DNA of 64,000 nucleotides from the human T2T-CHM13v2.0 reference genome, Homo sapiens. Below, in pieces: positions 20,532-32,932 of this stretch. The stretch lies in assembly GCF_009914755.1 (NCBI RefSeq), contig NC_060929.1, one strand, 5' to 3'. Position 1 is the first letter of the stretch. The number at the start of each line of letters is the position of its first letter. Made by a program: the position numbers and the translations under genes. The notes under the pieces were generated by a model, which searched no databases, had not been told where the DNA came from, and was given only the letters and a program-made list of their open reading frames with translations.

Positions 20532-21553
20532 TATTGTGAGAAGTCAGGGACCCTGAACGGAGGGACCGGCTGAAGCCATGGCAGAAGAACTTGGATTGTG
20601 AAGATTTCATGGACATTTATTAGTTCCCCAAATTAACACTTTTATAATTTCTTACGCCTGTCTTTACTGCAGTTTCCTATGCCTGTCTTTACTTTAATCT
20701 CTTAATCCCATCATCTTTGTAAGCTGAGGAGGATGTATGTCACCTCAGGACCCTGTGATGATTGCATTAACTGCAAAATTGTTTGTAGAGCATGTGTTTT
20801 TGAACAATATGATATCTGGGCACCTTGAAAAAAGAACAGGATAACAGCAATGTTCAGGAAACAAGAGAGATAACCTTAAACTCTGACTGCTGGTGAGCTG
20901 GGCAGAACAGAGCCATATTTCTCTTCTTTCAAAAGCAAATGGGAGAAATATCGCTGAATTCTTTTTCTCAGCAAGGAACATCCCTGAGAAATAGAATGCG
21001 TCCCTGAGGGTAGGCCTCTAAAATGGCTGCTTCGGGGGCAGCCGTCTTTTATGGTCGAAGCTGTAGGGATGAAATAAGCCCCAGTCTCCTGTAGCACTCC
21101 CAGGCTTATTAGGACGAGGAAATTCCTGCCTAATAAATTTTGGTCAGACCAGTTGTCTAATCTCAAACCCTGTCTCCTGATAAGATGTTATCAATGACAA
21201 TGCATGCCTGAAACTTCATTAGCAATTTTAATTTTGCCCGGGTCCTGTGGTCCTGTGATCTCGCCCTGCCTCCATTTGCCTTGTGATATTCTATTACCTT
21301 GTGAAGCATGTGATCTCTGTGACCCACACCCTTTTCGTAGACTCCCTCCCCTTTTGAAAATCACTAACAAAAACTTGCTGGTTTTACGGCTCAGGGGGCA
21401 TCACAGAACCTGCCGACATGTGATGTCTCCCCCAGACACCCAGCTTTAAAATTTCTCTCTTTTGTACTCTGTCCCTTTATTTCTCAGACTGGCCGACACT
21501 TAGGGAAAATAGAAAAGAACCTACATGACTATCAGGGGCAGGTTCCCCCGATA
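20532..21553 (+). mobile_element. MER11 (HERV-K11/HML-8) solo LTR, MER11C-like
   Basis: GAAGTCAGGGACCCTGAACGGAGGGACCGGCTGAAGCCATGGCAGAAG...CCCCCGATA. 6-bp TSD ATCTAC at 20526-20531 and 21554-21559. Confidence 0.92.
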
Positions 21554-24011
21554 ATCTACATTTTGAATGCTTTTCTTTCAAGCTTTGTGTGATTGGACAT
21601 AGACCTTATGAGATTTGCATTAGTTGGACTTCATCAGAAATTCATTCACATCTGACTAACATAGATGATTGCAATGTAGTGCTCTTGGGTTGAAACTAGC
21701 TCTTGTTATACTGGCTTACCTTGCACCAAGAAAATATGAATAATGATCCAGTAGAATGTAGTAAATAGATATCTACTAACCATAAAAGGATTCACCAATA
21801 TTTAGGGTAAAAGAGACTAAAAGATTTAGACTGGCCATGTAGGTAGGTAGGCAAGGTAGGTAAAGTAGGTAGAGAGGTAAGTAGACACACATAATCAACT
21901 CACTGAGGTCTAATTGTACGCCATACAGTATATCCATTTTAAGTGTAGAATACACATTTTTTGAACAATAACTTTTAGCTTTATAGAGACCAAAAGATGT
22001 CATGGAGAGCTCTTTGCTCACCCTCTTCCACAGGGAAGCTCAGAGAAGTTGAACCAACCCACACAGATGGCCAGTGGCTAAGTGAGGAGGGCATGCCCAG
22101 TTTGGAGGTTCTAATGAAAATCAGCCCATTGATTTGCCATTATGAGTAGAAACTCACCCTTATGGGCAGAAAAAAAGACTTCACATAGCAGCCAGTGTAC
22201 ATACAACAGCCCTGGGTTCCTGCCCAGTTAAAAATGAACATCCAACTGTGGGCTGCAGAGATAAGAAAAGGAAGTGAAGAAGTGTCTTAGGAACGGTGGC
22301 ATGAAGGGGGATGAACAGTTATGCAGAACGAAGGACTGAGAGGGTTTATTGACAACTGGAAGTCTGAGGTGTTAAAAGTAATTCCAACCAATGTTAGCGT
22401 TTAGATGCTGACAAATAAAATTTATAAATGACTTTTTAAACTGCTTCCTCGAGCAACAAGAGCTGTTATTGTCACATCGATTTTGAAATTAAATGTTATG
22501 GAATTTCCTTGCTTTAATGAGAAGGCAGATCCAACTGGTAAACAAAGTAATGATTAAGCAATTAAAAGAGTAAAACTGAGAAATAAAGTAACACTAATCT
22601 TAATCCTTAACCCAAATAGGCAGGTTTTGCTGATTTGCTTAAAAAAAAGATGCATGTTTATCTTGAGGTGAAAGTATTGAGAAGAGATGCTCACTAGGAA
22701 TAAACTGCCCTCTGATAAGAGGGGAAAAGTCAATTAGTAATGTCATTTGTTTAAAACTCTGCCCGCACCTGGTTCTCATTTGTCCTCCAGCTGAGAAACC
22801 AAAGACAACTTCTTTTTATTGCTTGTGGTCAAACAGCAAGTTCATTTCGCCATGGGATGATCAAACGGCCAGCCTCCCCCAGCTTGGGAAGGTTTGCCTT
22901 TCACTTTCAACTTGTTCAATCATCATTAACTCTGAAAATTGTCACATTCCATTTGTGCAATGAAAATTTCATCACTGGTGACCGTTTGGGTGAAGTTTTT
23001 GTAGGCGAGGCCCTAAATCTTGTAGAGCACCTCACACATTCTCAAGGTCATTTGCCTTGTTTCCTTGTTTAATGACAGTTGCCTAAGATCCAGGAATGAG
23101 TCTGTGACCTGACCTCAGCAACTCTGAAGACCCCTGTGTATGTGGGTACATGTTACCCTCTCTGAGACTGAGAGAGATCACTGGGTGATTTGCCACATGG
23201 ATTTCGTCTGAGAAAAATTAGGGTATGTACATGCATGTGTGCACACACAGATGCACACACACCCTCCTTTGTTATATATTACGTGCACATACACTGGGAT
23301 TTTTACTGGGGAAACGCTAGTTAAAAAGATCGCTGGATAGAGTCTATTTCAAAGCAGGACTTCCTCACTGTGGGAAGCCAGCTTCCCTGGAGAGGCTGCA
23401 ATATCAAATTGGGGAGGTTCCACAAAGTTTCTGGAAAGGAGAAATAAGCTCCTTTTTACTTTGCCATTAGGCTTGAGAAATTTTCAACTCCTTTGTTTAT
23501 TATTTAATTATATTTGCCCCTCTACAGTTAAGTTCTAAAATGTTAAATCCCAATGAATCTGGCACAAGGCCAAATTCCCCACAGGCCCTTTCTGAATATG
23601 AATTTCTGAAAGTGGATGTCAAGTGGCAAGATGGCTAAATTAAGAGGTCACTAGATCTCGACTCTTAAGCAAAGCATGGAGTGTATTGGGGCAAGTCAAG
23701 TAAGTTTTGTGCCATTTGGCAAGTAAGTCATAACAGCTAAAACAGGCCCCGGTTATAGGTCTTGATTTAATTTTCAAGGTCAAACCCAAGAGAATGTATA
23801 CACAGAGCTACAAAGCTCTCTAGCATCTTAAGCCTGGGTGCTAACACACTTATTAAATAGTCTACAAGAAGCGCTTCTTGATTTCCAGCACTAGTTTTCA
23901 TTCCAGGGCTTCACTGAGTTAGCTGCTGAAATAAGGAGGTTAGGAGCAGGTCTGAATCATAGATACAATGTTTTGGCTCCCTTCAGCTAGCTCTGGCTTA
24001 TAATATATTAA

Positions 24012-24343
<332 letters not shown>

Positions 24344-24825
24344 AAGAGTTCAATAACATTAGGTTATTGGCTGAAAAAAGTTTGTGTGTAATTTCCCAAG
24401 TGAGATATTTTCATTCAAACCGTTGCATATGTGCCCTGTATTCTTTTAAGTGTTTTATAATATTAATTTCCTTAATCCTTATAGTAATTCCAAAAGGTAA
24501 AGTAACAAACCCGAGGTCACAGAACCCAGGACATCTGGGTCTATATCCATTAAACTATGGAGCTATACTTTTTCATGAAGACTTCTCAGGATATGCAACC
24601 CAAATGCCCATTTATCTCCTGCTTCAAGTTGGGCAGATGGTGCGCAAGGAGAAAGATGTTTGATCTGTTGGTTCCATTTCACAGGGATTGAAAAATGGAG
24701 ATCAAGTCTCTAAACTGGCCCTTTCTCCTTATACTAATTTATTCTGCTTTCCTTCTACTGCTGGATCCCAAGTGAGCTAGCAAGCTCTCCCTTCTCTGTG
24801 TCTGTCTGTCTACATCTCTCTTTCT

Positions 24826-24828
<3 letters not shown>

Positions 24829-24881
<53 letters not shown>
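24829..24881. repeat. (CA)26 microsatellite, (UG)n in the pre-mRNA
   Basis: Direct reading. Confidence 0.98.
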
Positions 24882-24883
<2 letters not shown>

Positions 24884-24998
24884 CACATAGCTATTACCGT
24901 GCTTCAGTAAAGCTGTACAGGGCTTGTGATCCAGGCATAAAAACAGACATCATTTGCTCATTAGAGCTAAGTTTTCAGGACGTGCCCCACTTACTGAC

Positions 24999-25203
24999 CT
25001 CCACTAACGGCCTGGGTTTGCGCTCGACTGCAAACCTGAAGTGGCAGAGTTCACAGTAGCTGGTGTTTGAGGATGACAGCCAGTGCTCCAGGCAGCTCCG
25101 ATGAATTGTCCCCAAGGTCCCTGTACATTCACATGGAGAGAGCAAGTCCTCTTGGCTGCTGCCCTCGTGGCAGATCCTGCACATCGGCCGGTCATTGAAG
25201 GGG
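24999..25203 (-). CDS. MARCHF3: MARCHF3 RING-CH (C4HC3) exon, 205 nt ([14 protein letters not shown]...CEC...HRSC...CELC...KPRPLVE)
   Basis: Acceptor ccttctcttgcAG|C and donor GAG|GTCAGT. RING-CH Cys/His spacing is intact, and the frame is continuous with the previous exon (188+205=393 nt, 131 codons). Confidence 0.97.
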
Positions 25204-25889
25204 CTGCAAGAGAAGGAGGGGCACCTGCTGGTCACTGGGCTGGAAACCTCCACCAAGTGGATGGCCCTCTAGCTCTTGTCCTTTGGGCCCTCCCCAGAGG
25301 CAGCTGCTTTAAGACCTCTTAGATCTACACTTGACCTTGGCAATGGGGCAAATGATTCTGGGCACTCTAGAGCACTTGGGTCACCTACTTGTGACAACAC
25401 AAAGAAATAGGGGATTGCCAATATCAAAGTAGCTGGGTGTGGCCCAGGATCAAAAGTGAGTGAAAACAAGCAGTGGATATTTTTGCCTTGAATATAAATG
25501 TAGTTCATGTCAACTACTAATCCAAAAATCATAACCATCCTTCATCATCAAGAAGAGAAATTGTTTGAAATGACAAATTGAATCTTTCGGACCAAACCAA
25601 GACATGTTTGCATATCCAGAGGTTCTTCTCATTTCTCTTTTCAATAGGGTGGGAGAATGAGAGGAGGGAAGTTAGCCAGCAACCAACCCTGCAGCCACTA
25701 CACAGAACTGCAGTCTGAGCCACAGCACAAAGCTGAGTGGTGGATTGTCCTTTGAGCTTTCACAGGATGCTCTATGGGATGCCAAAGATACCAAACTGAA
25801 AGCGAGTAATGAGTATGTCCCACTGAGGTAGCCTCAGTCTAGAGTTCTGCCTTTAATTTGGAAAAACCACTCCTACACATTTCATAAAG

Positions 25890-26150
25890 GCAGCTTAGTG
25901 TAGTTAGGGGTTCATAGTGCAGGCTCCAGAATCTGGCTGGCTGGGCTCAGACCTTAACTCTGCTGTCTATTACCTGGATAACTCTGGGCAAGTAACTTCA
26001 TCTCCCCATACTTTAGTGTCCTTATCTCTAAAATGGGCACAAAAATGGTGCCTTCTTCATATGATGACAGTGAGCATGTGAAAAGATAGCCCAGATTAGA
26101 AGCTTAGAATAGGGACCAGCATACAGCAAATGCCTAGTTAATGCTAGCTA
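25890..26150 (+). mobile_element. MIR
   Basis: CTCTGGGCAAGTAACTTCATCTCCCC...TATCTCTAAAATGGG core. Confidence 0.75.
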
Positions 26151-26744
26151 CTATCTCTCAAGGAAAATCTCAGGCCAGAGAAAATCAAATAACTTGGCCC
26201 TCATCAGGTAAGTCAGTGGCCAATGGAAAGAGGATGGCCTCACTGCTTGGGAGGTACCCTGCCCTGGGAGAGGACCATGCCTCTCTGATGGATGTCTTAT
26301 GTTGCTTGTGCTATTCTTCACTGGGCAACAGATTTTAAAATGTGTCCTCATGATATGTGACAATCCTAGGACCAGCCTCTTTACCTGCCCTCCCTTGCCT
26401 CTCTGTATGCCTCCCAAAGATGACAGTGACCCAGGCACATGCCCATTCATCCTCCTGAACACTATCTTTGGTCCAAATGGAAATAGCCATGGAAGACTGC
26501 TGTTTCCCAAAGGCCTTTCTGAGAATGATCCTGGGAATGAGTGAAGGCCAAAAGGAGATCAAAAAAGGAAAGGATCTCCCTCCCACTAGCCTGAAAGGCC
26601 TACTTGTGCCCACGAGTGGGAAAAGAAAGCTGACAAGTTTTTTTTTAACTCATGATTCTGGGCCTCCTTCATTTACACTGAGCCTGTAAAACTCTGAAAC
26701 CTGGTTTACAGTACCGCATGGTGGGAAAGCAGGTAAAAATACCT

Positions 26745-26760
26745 GACAGACAGACAGACA

Positions 26761-26816
<56 letters not shown>
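26745..26816. repeat. (GACA)5(CA)26 compound microsatellite
   Basis: Direct reading. Confidence 0.98.
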
Positions 26817-26819
<3 letters not shown>

Positions 26820-27238
26820 GCTCACAGGTCTCAACCACATCAACCATAGCCTGCTCTTCCTGGTCAAGTGAGCTGTTTGATGCCTGCAAGGGTGAGTGGG
26901 GCACATCAGTCACCCAGTCTCAGTTCGCAGAGGACCGAAGATAGTCACTGCCTCATCCTGTTCTGAGTCCTAACCAATTGTTAAAAGTTCTCCAAGAGTC
27001 AGAAATTACATATTAAAGGTTTTTCTATTTTTTCCTTTGCACTAGCAGCACAGATTTTAAATGGAGGGCATATGAGCAGTGTTTACAACAGCATGGGAGT
27101 GTGATTCAGTGTCTGAGGGCCACCATGCCCAGGGTGGGATGCCACTGCACCAGAGGGGTTGACTGATCACTCAGACAGAGGTAAGAGAATAAGGTGTGAA
27201 TGACTGGTCCTATGTTAGAGGTCAGAAGTGTCAGCACT

Positions 27239-27254
27239 GACACTAGGGGGCAAA
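27239..27254 (+). promoter_or_regulatory. Candidate CTCF motif GACACTAGGGGGCAAA
   Basis: Matches the core CCASYAGRKGGCR at all but the first position. Motif only, no binding data. Confidence 0.4.
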
Positions 27255-28066
27255 TCCAATGTTGATCCACCTTTTAAATGCATAGGTTAGAAGTCCCACT
27301 TAACCATTCTGAGAAAAAGCTGGAGAAGCCAAGGAGTTCCTATTAGCCTGGCAGCCCATAGCTCCCTATCCAACAAGAGCACAAGAGGAGACAAAGTGCT
27401 GGTCAGGATAAGTGGTCTCCAAGCTGCTCAGAGCCTGCACTCGGGCTTTAGTTCACCACTTGGGAAGGCTCAGGAGGTTTTCACAATAGCACTTCATAGG
27501 GTAGAGTGTGCGTGAAGGGTCAGGGATGGGGGACCATTGAGGCTGAAGGAGAGGACAGCAGAAGAGACCTCCAAGTGATAAGAAGACACCCACCCAGAAA
27601 GTAGCCCTGGACAGCGCTTCCATCAGGCAATGCCAGTCCACATGCACACCAAGAATGTCACTTCAAAAGTTTTGCCCACAAATCCAATCACTTTGACTCA
27701 GTCGCCTGAAATCAGATACCTTCTTAATCCTGTTCCAATAGGACCACCTTTGTTACCTACTGGAGACAACAAGAGAGCATAACAATGTCAAAATAACAAC
27801 CCCGTATCTTGTGGGTTCCTTCCCCTCCTGGCTCTTTGTAAATATGATTTGAGGGGAAATCTTGATAAGGTGAATTTTAGCTTTATATCCTATTGCTATA
27901 GAAACGGCAATAACAGAACTCGTGTAGTCTTTTTTTTTTTTTTCCAGCACCTCCTCTCACCTGACACAAAGACCTGAGCACTAATTACATTCCCATTAGC
28001 ATTTTCCATCTGACAAAGAGTTCTCTGGATCAATTACAGATTCATTTATTTTAATTGTGGTACTAC

Positions 28067-28254
28067 CTCTGGGTGGCAAGAGTCCGCACTACTGTTGACA
28101 GCAGCTGCCCGTCCTTGGCTGAAACTTGCATGACATACTGCGGCTGCCCATTCACTAGGCTGCCACAATCCTCCACCGTCTTCACCACGGGTGCAGCTGA
28201 GCTGGTGCAGTCTGGCAGGACTTCGGGCAGGTGACTGCAGCGGCTGGTTGTCAT
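28067..28254 (-). CDS. MARCHF3: MARCHF3 first coding exon, coding part (188 nt; [16 protein letters not shown]...TVVRTLATQ)
   Basis: Translation matches the recalled MARCH3 N-terminus. Kozak gttaccATGa at 28254. Donor AG|GTAGTA at 28067/28066 is phase 2, and joins the next exon as AG+C=Ser. Confidence 0.96.
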
Positions 28255-28310
28255 GGTAACAGACAGCAATTACTCTGCTAATGGCTTCCACATTCATACA
28301 GGATTTCCAT
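28255..28310 (-). other. MARCHF3: 5'UTR part of the MARCHF3 first coding exon (56 nt)
   Basis: Acceptor tttctgatctctcttAG|ATGGAA with AG at 28312-28311. Confidence 0.85.
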
Positions 28311-28465
28311 CTAAGAGAGATCAGAAAACAGTTTACTTGGGCAGGGTGGCTAATAGAAAATGGAGAATTATGGGCCACCAACATCATCATCATGTCATTA
28401 TTTAATACAAATAACAGGGGTAGCCTAGATGTGGCACATTATCTTGTTACTGTTTAATACAAGTG

Positions 28466-28484
28466 CACACACACACACACACAC
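28466..28484. repeat. Short (CA)9 microsatellite
   Basis: Direct reading. Confidence 0.9.
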
Positions 28485-31400
28485 AGAGCCCACAAGAAAC
28501 AGCAGATATGGTATGAATAAGACAGCAAGCATGTCCGTGTATATAAACATTTAGCAGCCCTGCTTTCCACGAGGGGACAGAATGATGACTCTGAGGCCCA
28601 GATCTGAAGAGAAGATAAGCAGTTCCCTGCTCTGTGCTAGAGAAGCAATAAGTTTTTGTTGACACTCTCTAAAAGTTACTAAAATCATTATTAAAAACAT
28701 TCAGAACTATTTTTTCTGGTAAGCAATTTATTCTACATGCAGCTTCATTCTGAGATACTAAGATTAAAAGGAGAGAGAAAGAAGGAAGGAAAATAAAAAT
28801 GAATTTGGCCAAGTATTAATAGTATGTTCTAGGACAATATTTGCCAAACATGAATCACTCAATGACTGTAACACCTTTCGACTTTTGCCATATCTGTTGC
28901 ATAATAAAATTTTCTACTCAATACATCTTGAAATTAACTTCCTTTAAAAATGGAACCTATTTTAGCTTTGTCTTCAAGTTATTCATGAAATGAGTTTAAT
29001 GAGCTTTTATTTTCTAATGAACGTGACAATAAATACGTTAGCATGATGTCTTGTTTGTGTACTACCTAAAATGCAGATGTATATGCATCATCATAGGGAA
29101 ACACATAGGAGAACGTGAGAAAATAATGAATGAGATCTCTATCACCAATTAAACATAATCCATTACAAATAAGGGCCTTACCTCCTAGGCACATGGTTTA
29201 TCATATAAACCGTGAGGAATTCTGCTCCCAATCTGTGTGGTGCAGGCTTGGGTCATGACCTCAAGTTCAAAGCACTCAGACCCACTGGAGTGAGGAACTC
29301 CACTGGATTCAATAATAGGTCAGCATGTGACACATAAGAAATAGAGGTTTTTACAGAAACTTGAAGGAAGAATTCTGTCCAAAGGTGAGATGACACAGTT
29401 TCATGGCTAGGAGTGCTAGCCTGCTCACCTCAAGCTCCCGAGCTCGACATGGCCTGGGCTCAGTAGACAGCAGCAGGATTAGTTGACAGACTGAGCTCAC
29501 ATCAAGAACCCATTTAGGTGGTCAAGGCTCAGACTTAAATAAATGAAATATCTTGTTATTTGCACAACCCAAAACCCCAAGAGGATTCCTGGAATTCTGC
29601 AAGGGGTTGTTTTCTCCCAGATATTTGTCTCTACTTCTTACATTTTCCTTGATCCCCATGGTTCTGGAAAACAGGATCTTCCCAACTTCCAGAACAATGT
29701 GCATCAACTGGATGTTCTCAGGCAAGAATGCAGTGTTTCCTGATGAAACTGACAGTTTCCCTCCCGACACGCACATGTCAAGCAGGCTTGACTGTCCAAA
29801 ACAATCATCGGACGTGATTGTCATCCCTTCCTTGCTGCTGAGGTGTCTGGCTGGCTTTGCACCAGCAGCCTCCCTTTCCCACCCTCATTGGCTGCCTGGC
29901 GTCCTCTCAGGGTCTGCGTCTGCCTTTGCCCAGCAGCCCTTCTGAACCCACAGTGGGGAGACGGCTGTGGACTCCAGTCCTTGTCTGAGACCTGATGTGG
30001 GGGCACAGGCAGAGGCTGCCCCACTCATGCCATTTTCAAGACCAGCAATACTGAACATTCAGCACAGTCAGTTAGTTGGTATAGGTCAACTAACTGACTA
30101 GGTTAAATAGGATTTTTTGCTTTTTTTAAAAAATTACAAAGCAATTAGTATACGGTATGTTATAAAAACTATGGAAGAGCACAAAGAACACAATAAAACT
30201 CACTCATAATCCCACCATTCAGAAAACCCCAGTAAATTTTTTGGGTAGATATCTTCTTTTTATTTTTTTGAAAGGGTTGGCAGGGTGCAGTTGATTTGTG
30301 ACTGGGGCCAGACAGTTGTTTTGTTTTGTTTTTAAAAACTGAGTTATGGTAGCTTTCAGACCGAAAAACAAAGAGATGTTAAAAGACCGTCCTCTTCTAA
30401 AACTGTGCATAACTACTCTCCTCTGGCCTGCCCTTACAAAACTCCATTGACATGATTTTAAATTCTCATAATGCTTCACAGTCACAAAGTGTAACTTCCT
30501 GGCACAGCTCTCTTGCTTCACAAGGCAGCCATAGATTAAGAGCCAGGGGTGTATTGGCAGGAAAAGCAGACACAGTGACCTTCTTGCCGCATGGAATCAT
30601 TATGTCTAGATGCACTCTGAGAGTCTATTTTCGGGTTTTGCATAACTCCAGCTCAGAGGGCCAAACACTCCCTCCCTCTACTTGATGGAACTGGAAGACG
30701 GTAAGGAGGGGGTGCGCAGAGTAAATAATGGGACCCAGGGCTGCCAGTAGTTAGGCTACCCTCAGTGAATTGCCTGTCGCCCAGGCATATAATAGCCCCA
30801 AGTTCACACACTTGTAACCTAGATTAAGTCCTCATCAAAGGAAGTAGTTCTAAATGTGTGACCTAAATCCGCAATAAAATGTCCTTAAAAATATTCTAGA
30901 AGCAGAGCTTCCCTTAAATTCATTTTATATATGTAATTTCACTTCTGCATAATTTCATTTCTTCTTTCACAGGTAAAAGGGATATTATTTGCCACCTGAT
31001 CAGTTTATTCCATTCGTAGTGGGTGCTGGGCACTGAGTTTAGCATAAAAGAACAAAAGAAACCACACCTTGCCTTCTCCTACAAGCAAGCCCTGGCTCTT
31101 TCTCTTGGGCCATATCTGCAGAACCCTGCATCCAAGATCCTCTAAGCCCTAGCTCAATTTAGGACCTAACTAAAATGATAGTCCGGTCCAGCATTCCCTG
31201 AAAAACATACCAGCATGTCTTACGTATACCACACATCAGAATAACCTTAAGATTCTAAGACTGGCATGCCAGCAATGAGTCCCAACAGCCCTGAAAGACC
31301 GTGGACTTGAATTAATGGGCTAAGAGGGATTACACAAAGCATTAGCACTCTTGAACATGGTGGGGATGGCTGAGTTGGTTCTAATCTCAGAAGAGTGGAT

Positions 31401-32484
31401 CTAACCACCTACTCAGGTGGCGGAGGAGGAAAGGAAGCACACTCTGCCCTGATCTCAGTGAAAGGGAAGCCCAGAGGCCTAGATGCAGGCATGGGGCAGG
31501 CAGGAGCGGACCTCACAAGCTGCATGCACCAACTGGCATGCATATGTTGCACCTGGGGCAGTGACAAATGGCCCACTGCATTTTCCTTGTCTAGTTCAAA
31601 GCCACCTGGGAAAACAGCAGGCTGTTGCCGAGGATGCTAGAAAGAGCTGAGCTGTTGGTTTGCAGTCGAGCATGGGTCTTCTATTGAGCTTTCTGCAAAA
31701 TTTCAAGCACTATCTGACTGCTTTCTTATCAATGCCAGTGCACTGCTCTTGTGGTAAAGTACTTCCCAGTCTACCCAAGAATTCTCTCAGGGAGGGAGCG
31801 GTGTATGTGCAAACTTAAAACATCAAACGGCACTGGTGGGATGGGTCCTTTGCTGGCCAGGCTTGACACCTTGCATAATTTCTTTCTCAGGCTGAGAATA
31901 AAACATGATTTGGCACTGGCCAAACTCAGCTGCACACAGTGGGAGGAGCGGGAGTAGGTGGATAAGAGGGAGACAGTGAAAACAGAGGGGGTGGGCAAAT
32001 AAATGAAAGCCTGATTAGGGAATTGTTAAAATAAAAAGGCTTGTCTGTTAAACTGTGACCCCTGAAAAGGACAGGGTACAGGTTTCACAAAAGCAGGACA
32101 CCTAACCAGGCAGCAGCGATTCATTGCTGCGTTTCTGAATAGGTTGCCACTGGTAAGTGATTTCCATGGGAACATGGCTGGCATAACGAGGATGCGGCCA
32201 CAGGTCGTGGGGGAAGGGAAGGGAAGCAGGCTCTGCTCACCTCTGCAGCCCCTCTGCCTCAGCAGCCCCCAAACCTCCAGGAGAATCATGAGTTAGGGAA
32301 AAAGCTCTGTTGTTGGAGGCACAACACCAAAGCCTACACTCTGGCTTTCTACTCACCAAGGTAAATCACTCAGCCTCTCAGACTTTTCCTGAGATTTCCT
32401 GAATATTTGAAATTAGGATACTAACACATCCTGAGCCACCTCACCTGGTTGTTTGTGAGGTCTAAAACAAGATAATACATATGA

Positions 32485-32932
<448 letters not shown>

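Noticed and set aside
24975-25256. 93-aa ORF as a stand-alone RING gene
   Set aside because: It starts at TTG in intron sequence. It is the MARCHF3 RING exon plus intronic extensions.
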